From Candidatus Poribacteria bacterium (GTDB lineage Bacteria; Poribacteria; WGA-4E; WGA-3G), in NCBI GenBank assembly GCA_026706025.1, contig JAPOZO010000052.1:48337-112336 (forward strand): a stretch of 64,000 nucleotides of DNA. The letters are read 5' to 3'. The notes under the pieces are model-generated. The model made no database searches and was not told the DNA's origin. It saw only the letters and a program-made list of their open reading frames with translations. Position numbers and translations under genes: made by a program. This document shows, one piece after another, positions 27,297-34,795 of this stretch. The first letter of the stretch is position 1. Every line of letters starts with the position of its first letter.

Positions 27297-28016
27297 ATGA
27301 ACAGACGCAACTTGTTCATTGCTATTTGTACAATTACGCTCAGTATCGCCGCGCTTGCGATGTCCCAAACCTATTTTGAGGATAATTTTGATGATCCAAA
27401 GGAATCTGAAAAGAAATGGGTCGCTCTCTTCGGAGAATGGGAATTCAAGGATGATGAATACCATCAACTTCAAAACGAACCCAACTCCATGAGCGTCGTC
27501 GCCGACGAATTTTGGGATGACAAATGGAATGATTACACTTTTGAAGTGAGAGGGAGTAAAATCAGTGGTGCCGAAGGCTTCCTGATTATGTTCCGGTGTC
27601 AAGGCTTGATGCAAGACCGCGGCCGAACGCTCGAAGACCATCCGCCACGCATGGCGAAACTCGAACCTTCACTGCAGTATTGGTGGAATCTTGGGGGTTG
27701 GGGCAACTCACGCTCACAGGTTGAATCTTGGGGTGGCAAAGGCGGTGCCAATAGCAATCACACCATCGAAGACGATGAATGGTATGATATCAAGATTATC
27801 AATACACCCGATAGTTACACGCTCATCATCAACGACGAAGAAGTCGCGAAAATGGACGATAACACCGAAGATGGTGTGGGTAGAATCGGGCTTGCAACGT
27901 GGAGCACCGTTGTGAAGTATGACGAGGTTTTGGTTTATGGACCGGATGGGCTCACGCCGGTTGATCCAAAAAGTAAGCTCGCAACGGCTTGGGCACATCT
28001 GAAATCCGTGAAGTAG
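27297..28016 (+). CDS. DUF1080-like secreted protein, paralog 2 (tandem duplicate)
   Basis: About 88% amino-acid identity to the upstream gene, with an identical RBS context (AAGGAGGATnnTATTATG). C-terminal KLATAWAHLKSVK. The ORF-track start at 27252 is an artefact of the upstream overlap. Confidence 0.6.
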   Translation: MNRRNLFIAICTITLSIAALAMSQTYFEDNFDDPKESEKKWVALFGEWEFKDDEYHQLQNEPNSMSVVADEFWDDKWNDYTFEVRGSKISGAEGFLIMFRCQGLMQDRGRTLEDHPPRMAKLEPSLQYWWNLGGWGNSRSQVESWGGKGGANSNHTIEDDEWYDIKIINTPDSYTLIINDEEVAKMDDNTEDGVGRIGLATWSTVVKYDEVLVYGPDGLTPVDPKSKLATAWAHLKSVK

Positions 28017-28089
28017 ATTTTAAATACTACTCATAACCTATAGCGCGAGGTCTCGCTGCCTCGCGCTACCTTTATGCAAAAAATTTCAA

Positions 28090-29259
28090 ATGCAAAATTA
28101 TTTTTCTCCCCCACGCATTGAATTTGGCGACGGTGCCATTCAAAATTTAGGCGAACATGTCAAGGCGTTTAATGGCAAAAAACCTCTTGTAGTAACCGAT
28201 GCCGGTATTATTAACGCTGGTATTCTTGAGAAAGCGATAGAGGCACTGGACGCAACCGGTTTGACGCATGCCATTTATTCAGATATTGAACCGAATCCCA
28301 CAGATATCAGCATCACACACGGTGTGGAAGTCTACAAAGCCGAAGCCTGTGATGTCGTCATCGCTGTCGGTGGTGGTAGTGTCATGGATGCTGCCAAAGC
28401 CGTCCGCCTCTTGACGACCCATGAACCGCCTTTAGAACCGTACTACGCTGATGTTGGCGGACTTGAACGGATTCGCGGTGATATGCCGCCACTGATATGT
28501 GTCCCGACAACGGCTGGGACCGGTAGTGAAGTTTCACAAGGCGCGATCATTACGGATACATCGTTCAATACAACCGATCGCTGGCGCAAGCGGGCAATTG
28601 TTACGCCGTTCAATATGTCGAACATAGCACTCCTGGATCCGGGGATAACACTCGGCATGCCACCGGCACTCACTGCTGCCACGGGTATGGACGCTATTAC
28701 ACATGGTATTGAGGCGTATGTTGCGACGAAGTACCACCCGATTGCTGAAGGGGTCGCATTGCAAGCACTCAAAATGTTGAGTGCAAATATCCAAAAAGTC
28801 TATCACGATGGTGGAGATGTAACGGCGCGAGGCGAAATGCTCTTGGGGTCATGCATGGCGGCGTTTTCATTCCAGAAAGGTCTCGGTGCTGTCCATTCTC
28901 TGGCGCACCAACTCTCCACGGATGCCCCAATCCCACACGGTGTAGCGAACGCGATACTTCTCCCACCTGTTATGGAATTTAACTTTTCCCACGCAACGGA
29001 GAAATACGCCGAGATCGCGCGTGCTTTGGGCATAGATACCAGCGGCATGGATAGCAGTGAAGCGGGGAATGCTGCTATTGATAAGATTCGGGCATTCAAT
29101 ATAGAATTAAAGATGCCGGTGGGTCTCGGAGCTGCTGGTTTAGATAAAGAGAAAATTCCAAAACTCGGCGCAGATGCAATGCTCGATCACTGTCACAAAT
29201 TCAACCCGCGAGTCTGTACAGAAGAAGATATGGTTGCGTTATTTGAGGCAGCGTTTTAA
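28090..29259 (+). CDS. Iron-containing alcohol dehydrogenase
   Basis: Fe-ADH signatures GGGSVMDAAKA and the His cluster ...HSLAHQL... Confidence 0.85.
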   Translation: MQNYFSPPRIEFGDGAIQNLGEHVKAFNGKKPLVVTDAGIINAGILEKAIEALDATGLTHAIYSDIEPNPTDISITHGVEVYKAEACDVVIAVGGGSVMDAAKAVRLLTTHEPPLEPYYADVGGLERIRGDMPPLICVPTTAGTGSEVSQGAIITDTSFNTTDRWRKRAIVTPFNMSNIALLDPGITLGMPPALTAATGMDAITHGIEAYVATKYHPIAEGVALQALKMLSANIQKVYHDGGDVTARGEMLLGSCMAAFSFQKGLGAVHSLAHQLSTDAPIPHGVANAILLPPVMEFNFSHATEKYAEIARALGIDTSGMDSSEAGNAAIDKIRAFNIELKMPVGLGAAGLDKEKIPKLGADAMLDHCHKFNPRVCTEEDMVALFEAAF

Positions 29260-31448
29260 GGAAAATCAATCGGCACAATCCACGCCTGTGTTAGTGCCGG
29301 TTTATACGCATTATCGCGCAGATAATCTGACGTTTGCCACAAGCAGAGATGCTCGCCATCTGGTGTCCAGACGACGGATGTCAATTTCATTTCCGTTCGG
29401 GCAATAGCAGCCTTCTTACGGCTTTCAAGGTCATAAACCCAAACTTTCCAGCGGATGCCTTCGCAGTCTTCTCGTTCCAGATATGCTAACTGTTTGCCTG
29501 TCGGTGACCAAGCAGGCGACGTGTGTTTCAATATCTGGGTCTGCGTCAATGCCGGTGCCGACGCTGATATGTGCAACTGCTTATCAATTCGCTGACCGGG
29601 ACGATTGCTGCCGGATAGAACATAAGCCAACTGTGTCCCATCTGCCGACCAATTCAGGCGATGCACCTGTTGATGCTGTGTTTGAATCTCTTTTAAGCGT
29701 TCACCCTCTATATCTTGGATACGGATACCCACATATTTTGAGTTGTTCACACCAAAAGCGACACGTGTGCCATCAGGTGCCCAAGATGGAGCGGGAAGAT
29801 AGGTGTAGGTGCGTTGTCGGCGTTCAATCGGCACACGCGCAATCGCACGTAAACCGCTGCCATCGCTATTGATACGGTAGATAACATCCATCTCCTTTTC
29901 GCGTCTTCTAAAGACCAGACGATTTGAGGTCGGCGCCCAAGCGGGACCTTCGCCACGAACTAACTGTTTAATCCGTCCGAACTGCCAATCCATTGTATAG
30001 ATACGGCGTTCCCCCTCTTCGTCAACCTCAAATGCCAAGAGTCTGTTGTCCAATGACCAAGAGACATGCGGATTATAGAATTGCCCAGTCAGAAGTTTTC
30101 GTGCCTGTTCCCCTTTCCGATCCATAATCCACAATTCGTTCGCATGCCAATATCTACTGCCGACATCATTCCTTCTTAGGAATGCAATAAGTTCTCCATC
30201 CGGGCTCCAGCGAGGAAACTCCGCACCTTCAACCAATTCCATCCTACGCGGCGGGGCAGTTGGTAGACCCCGCTTACGACTAAAAGTTGTGTTGAACATG
30301 ATACCGTCAGTCTCTTCAAATTCTCCAAAAGCAAACTTATCCATCCAGCCCCGGACACCGTTCGGAAGTTCAACCTCATACCAACCCTCCGAAGTTTGCA
30401 CGATCGGCAAACGCACCCCGTCGTTGAGGTTTAACAACACAGAGGTGCCTTCTTTATTCGCGTAAACCGGTGCCGTGTCATGCACCACAACCCCCATCTC
30501 ACGATTCCTGTTGGCGAGGTTTGCAACCTCACTTGCGTTGGTAAACGCATAGACGCTACCATCACCGGATGCAGCATAGAGGATACCGTCAGAGATAGCA
30601 GGTGCAGCTTCCACAAAACCTCCGAGCTGATACGTCCAAGTCTGTGTCTTTGATGCCATGTCAAAGGCGTGAAGTTGCCCGTCGCGTGCGCCAATATAGA
30701 CGGTACCATTTGCTGTTACGGGATAACTTTCACTTCCTGCTGTCTCACCTCGCCATAACTTCGCATTGTGTTCCGGGGAGACCGGACGGAACACGCCATT
30801 TGCACATCCGTATTCAATACCACCGATCTGGATTGTCTTATCACGCCTTGCTTCAAGCGTCCCTGTCCTGGCATTCAGCACATAGATTGTTGACCGGAAC
30901 GCGCCAACATAAACCCTGTTATCCGTCACAATCGGGGGCGCATCCATCCAATTTTTCGATTTGAATTCCCATAGTTTTTTACCTGTTTTTGCATCCAAGG
31001 CATAGACTTTGTTATTCCGCGCACTGAAGTAGACCCGATCTCCGAGCACCGCGGCAGAATAGCGGATAGCATCTCCCGCATCGAACACCCATTTAATACC
31101 CCACTGCTTCGCATCCAGTGCATACAACTTGCCATCGGTCGAGCCGATATATAGAATTCCATTTGCAATCACTGGGGAGGCATAGAGGGGACCCCCCGTC
31201 TTGAATTTCCACAGCAATTTCAGTGGCGGTGCGAGGCTTTTATCAGGGCTAATCCCAGAGAAGCCTAAATCGTACATGAATGTATGCCAATCTTCAGCAC
31301 GCGGCGGCGTGACGGGTTCCGTCACTTCAGAGGACATCGGTTGCTGCCCCGCGGGTTGTTGTGACTGCTTATTTTCCTGTGAATCACATCCCCATACAAG
31401 CACGAGTAGGAGTAGGACTAAGACTTGTTTTGTATTCCAGAAACGCAC
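29256..31448 (-). CDS. Multidomain lipoprotein: PQQ-like beta-propeller + SH3-like + TolB/PD40-like beta-propeller
   Basis: Lipobox LVWGC. Repeated xLYALDAKTGKxLWxF PQQ-type blades. SH3-like GWYEVELPNGVRGWM. C-terminal SPDG/APDG PD40 repeats. Confidence 0.6.
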   Translation of the reverse strand: MRFWNTKQVLVLLLLVLVWGCDSQENKQSQQPAGQQPMSSEVTEPVTPPRAEDWHTFMYDLGFSGISPDKSLAPPLKLLWKFKTGGPLYASPVIANGILYIGSTDGKLYALDAKQWGIKWVFDAGDAIRYSAAVLGDRVYFSARNNKVYALDAKTGKKLWEFKSKNWMDAPPIVTDNRVYVGAFRSTIYVLNARTGTLEARRDKTIQIGGIEYGCANGVFRPVSPEHNAKLWRGETAGSESYPVTANGTVYIGARDGQLHAFDMASKTQTWTYQLGGFVEAAPAISDGILYAASGDGSVYAFTNASEVANLANRNREMGVVVHDTAPVYANKEGTSVLLNLNDGVRLPIVQTSEGWYEVELPNGVRGWMDKFAFGEFEETDGIMFNTTFSRKRGLPTAPPRRMELVEGAEFPRWSPDGELIAFLRRNDVGSRYWHANELWIMDRKGEQARKLLTGQFYNPHVSWSLDNRLLAFEVDEEGERRIYTMDWQFGRIKQLVRGEGPAWAPTSNRLVFRRREKEMDVIYRINSDGSGLRAIARVPIERRQRTYTYLPAPSWAPDGTRVAFGVNNSKYVGIRIQDIEGERLKEIQTQHQQVHRLNWSADGTQLAYVLSGSNRPGQRIDKQLHISASAPALTQTQILKHTSPAWSPTGKQLAYLEREDCEGIRWKVWVYDLESRKKAAIARTEMKLTSVVWTPDGEHLCLWQTSDYLRDNAYKPALTQAWIVPIDFP

Positions 31449-31757
31449 ATTGACCCTTTCGTTAAGAGTTTGGTCGGAAAATTGAGGCTATAGGAGAATC
31501 GTAGTTCGAGACTGTTAAAACATTTTATTATTTATTAGATTACCATATTATTGAGTAGCATGCAACTGAAATACTTTCTTGTGGGATTCTCACTGCAAAG
31601 CACTCTCGGTCGCGATAGCTCGGCGGGGTTTGATGGCGTTTATGGTGTTCGTTTTTTGAAGGAATTAAAATAAGAGGCAACAAACACAATAGTATTAAGC
31701 AGAACGGCACTGATTTTACGAGGACAACCTTCGGAAATCTGCCCAATTTACGAAAAA

Positions 31758-31786
31758 TTTGAATTTGTGGCAAATCTGTGTTAAAA
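31758..31786 (+). promoter_or_regulatory. Sigma70-like promoter for glyA (TTGAAT-17-TAAAAT)
   Basis: -35 at 31758-31763 and -10 at 31781-31786, 57 nt upstream of the start. Confidence 0.45.
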
Positions 31787-31842
31787 TTTATGTTCTAAAC
31801 CTTTACAATACAACACCAATTTAATCGCAAGCGGTACCCAAA

Positions 31843-33096
31843 ATGAATAAATTATTAGGTGAAGTTGACCCACAGATCGTTGAGATCGCCGCCAAAGACC
31901 TAACACGCCAACAAGATTCCCTCATGTTAATCCCCTCGGAGAACTATGCCAGCCGTGCCGTTATGGAAGCTCAAAGCAGCATTCTCGCTAACAAATATGC
32001 TGAGGGCTATCCGGGTGAGCGTTACTATAACGGATGCCGGTATATGGACGATGTTGAATCCCTCGCGATTGAACGCGCGAAGGCTCTTTTCGGGGTTGAG
32101 CACGTCAACGTCCAACCGCACGCCGGTAGCCAAGCGAATATGGCAGCCTACCATGCGCTGCTTGAACCCGGTGATACGATTCTCGGCATGTCGCTCAGTC
32201 AAGGTGGGCATCTCACGCACGGTGCTAACGTCAACTTTTCAGGAAATCTTTACAATATAGCTGCTTATGGTGTAGATGCTGAGACCGAGCGTATTGACAT
32301 GGAAGAAATCGCGCGGCTCGCAGAACAGCATCGTCCCAAACTCATCGTTGTTGGCGCGACAGCCTATCCCCGGCACTTTGACTTTGCGGCGTGGCGACAG
32401 GTTGCCGATGCCGTAGGCGCGTATCTCCTTGCAGATATAGCACATATTGCAGGACTCATCGCAGGCGGCGTTCATCCAGATCCCGTTCCTTATGCCGATG
32501 TGATTACGACAACAACACACAAAACCTTACGCGGGCCTCGCGGGGCAATGATTATGTGTAAAGCCGAGTATGCAGACAAGATTGACCGTGCTGTATTTCC
32601 CGGTTTACAAGGCGGTCCCTTCCTCCATACGATTGCTGCCAGAGCCGTTGCATTCAAAGAGGCAAGCGAACCCGACTTTAAAATATATCAAGCGCAGATT
32701 GTTAAAAATGCCAAGGCACTTGCCGCGCGGTTAATCGAAAACGGGTTCCGACTGGTGAGCGGCGGAACTGACAATCATCTCATGCTGATGGATCTCACCA
32801 CGAAATATGAGAAATTGAGTGGACGACAAGCCGCCGATCACTTAGAAGATGCTGGGATTATTGTAAACAAAAATACAATTCCGTTCGACAAAAGGAAACC
32901 GAGAACGACAAGCGGTTTACGTATCGGTACTCCGATGATTACAACGCGCGGCATGAAAGAGGATGATATGGTTCAAGTCGCCGATTTTATTACAGAGACG
33001 CTTGAGAACAGGCAGAAAGCCGCCATCAAACGCCAGGTGCGGGCGAAAGTCAAGGAACTCTGCACACAATTCCCGATTTATGAATATTTAGAGTAG
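31843..33096 (+). CDS. glyA: Serine hydroxymethyltransferase
   Basis: Full-length match, including the PLP-binding region [13 protein letters not shown]. Confidence 0.95.
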   Translation: MNKLLGEVDPQIVEIAAKDLTRQQDSLMLIPSENYASRAVMEAQSSILANKYAEGYPGERYYNGCRYMDDVESLAIERAKALFGVEHVNVQPHAGSQANMAAYHALLEPGDTILGMSLSQGGHLTHGANVNFSGNLYNIAAYGVDAETERIDMEEIARLAEQHRPKLIVVGATAYPRHFDFAAWRQVADAVGAYLLADIAHIAGLIAGGVHPDPVPYADVITTTTHKTLRGPRGAMIMCKAEYADKIDRAVFPGLQGGPFLHTIAARAVAFKEASEPDFKIYQAQIVKNAKALAARLIENGFRLVSGGTDNHLMLMDLTTKYEKLSGRQAADHLEDAGIIVNKNTIPFDKRKPRTTSGLRIGTPMITTRGMKEDDMVQVADFITETLENRQKAAIKRQVRAKVKELCTQFPIYEYLE

Positions 33097-33254
33097 TTAT
33101 CGGTTGTCAGTTTTCAGAGGAATAGTTGTCAGTCATCAGACCGCTTCGCTTTCAGTTTTCAGTCAAGAGGGTCCGCGTAGCAGCTACAATGAACTGGACT
33201 GCCATAGGTGATTAACTGACGACTCTCACTGCGAGGCAAACTGAAAACTAACAA
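33095..33254. repeat. Family A heptad element copy 6 (largest; intercistronic glyA-folC)
   Basis: TAGTTATCGGTTGTCAGTTTTCAG ... TAGTTGTCAGTCATCAG ... TTTCAGTTTTCAGTCAAGAGG ... TTAACTGACGACTCTCACTGCGAGGCAAACTGAAAACTAACAACT. Runs to within 2 nt of the folC ATG, which has no SD. Confidence 0.85.
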
Positions 33255-33256
33255 CT

Positions 33257-34627
33257 ATGAATTACGAAGCGGCACTCGCCTATATTGAAGCGTTTATTGA
33301 CTATGAAAGAAGCCCTGATTTTTCACGACAGGCGCGGCTCTACAATCTTAACCGAATTTCTCTGTTGCTGAAACGACTCGGCAATCCACACGATAAATTG
33401 CGGGTTATCCACATTGCGGGTAGCAAAGGGAAAGGTTCTACCGCCGCACTCGTTGCCTCTGCTCTTACACACGCTGGCTATAAAACCGGTTTGTTTACAT
33501 CGCCGCATCTCATTACGCCCCGAGAACGATGCCGTATTGATGGGGAGCCAATTTCAGAGGCAGACGTTGGTTTCTATATTGATAGGATGAAACCTACGAT
33601 CGAAACCGTTTCCGCTTCCGAATTCGGACGTGTCTCGTTTTTTGAAATATACACCGCGCTCGCTTTTACCTATTTTGCCGACAAAGCGACTGATTTCGCT
33701 GTTATTGAAGTCGGCTTAGGTGGGAGACTTGATGCAACTAACGTTGTTAAACCCGTCGCGACTGTTATCACGCCGATTGGTTTAGAGCATACGGCAATAT
33801 TAGGGGAAACATACAGCGAGATAGCAGCTGAGAAAGCGGAGATCATCAAAGACGGATGTCCGCTCGCACTCGCGCCACAACATCCGGAAGCGCGGGCGGT
33901 GTTTGAAAAAGTTGCAAATGAACGGAACGCATTGATTGTTGAAACTAAAATCCATGACGCAGCTTCCCAACTCGTCGAGAATGTCGATGGTTTACCTGTC
34001 GCACAACGATTTGATGTGGAAACAGATTTTGAAAGTTATTCACAACTCACAATACCGCTACTTGGGCACCATCAGTTTGTGAATGCAACAACTGCTATCG
34101 CAGCGATTGAATGCCTGAAACAGAAAGGATATACAATTCCGAAAAATAGTATTTATGCCGGATTCAAGAATGTGCAATGGCACGGACGCATCCAACGGAT
34201 TATGTCTGCCCCACTTGTCGTATTGGATGGTGCGCATTCCGCTGTCTCAATGGAGGCACTCTGCTTGACGCTCCGTGAGAGTTTTCGTTACACTCGGGCG
34301 ATTTTTATCGTTAGTTTAATGAAAGATAAAAACCTTAAAGCAATTGGGGATATTGTCTCTAAAACCGCAGACACCGTGATTGCGACGCAAGTTTCTGAGA
34401 ATCCGCGTGTGATGGCGGCTGAAGCAATACAGGCTGTATGGTCTGGTACGTGTCAGAAAATTACAATATGCCCAAAGCCAGAAAAAGCAATCGCCAGGGC
34501 GTTAGCATCCGCATCGCCGACGGACCTGATCTGCATTACGGGTTCACTCTACCTTGTCGGTCAGGCACTTAAAATATTTAAATCAAATTTTTCAGCGAAA
34601 GATCGTATTGGAATTCCTCTTTCTTAG
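33257..34627 (+). CDS. folC: Folylpolyglutamate synthase/dihydrofolate synthase
   Basis: Mur-ligase P-loop IHIAGSKGKGST plus a Mur ligase C-terminal domain. Confidence 0.85.
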   Translation: MNYEAALAYIEAFIDYERSPDFSRQARLYNLNRISLLLKRLGNPHDKLRVIHIAGSKGKGSTAALVASALTHAGYKTGLFTSPHLITPRERCRIDGEPISEADVGFYIDRMKPTIETVSASEFGRVSFFEIYTALAFTYFADKATDFAVIEVGLGGRLDATNVVKPVATVITPIGLEHTAILGETYSEIAAEKAEIIKDGCPLALAPQHPEARAVFEKVANERNALIVETKIHDAASQLVENVDGLPVAQRFDVETDFESYSQLTIPLLGHHQFVNATTAIAAIECLKQKGYTIPKNSIYAGFKNVQWHGRIQRIMSAPLVVLDGAHSAVSMEALCLTLRESFRYTRAIFIVSLMKDKNLKAIGDIVSKTADTVIATQVSENPRVMAAEAIQAVWSGTCQKITICPKPEKAIARALASASPTDLICITGSLYLVGQALKIFKSNFSAKDRIGIPLS

Positions 34628-34641
34628 CGAAAGATCGTAAG

Positions 34642-34775
34642 TCCGTAATGAAGCAGATCGCTTATGGGGTTTTTGCTTGGGGCTTCTTCAAGTACGCCGC
34701 AAAATGGAGGGCGGCTCTACGGAAAGGAACTCCAATGCTCAAACCCACTTTATTGAACCGCAAGGAAAATTAAAA
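34642..34775 (+). promoter_or_regulatory. Conserved leader motif (family C) upstream of hppA
   Basis: Blocks CCGTAATGAAGCAGATCGCTTATGGG / GTACGCCGCAAAATGGAGGGCGG / CAAACCCACTTTATTGAACCGCAAGGAAAATTAAAAA, near-identical to 42328-42442. Confidence 0.55.
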
Positions 34776-34795
34776 AAGAAAAAGAGAGGTTTTAA

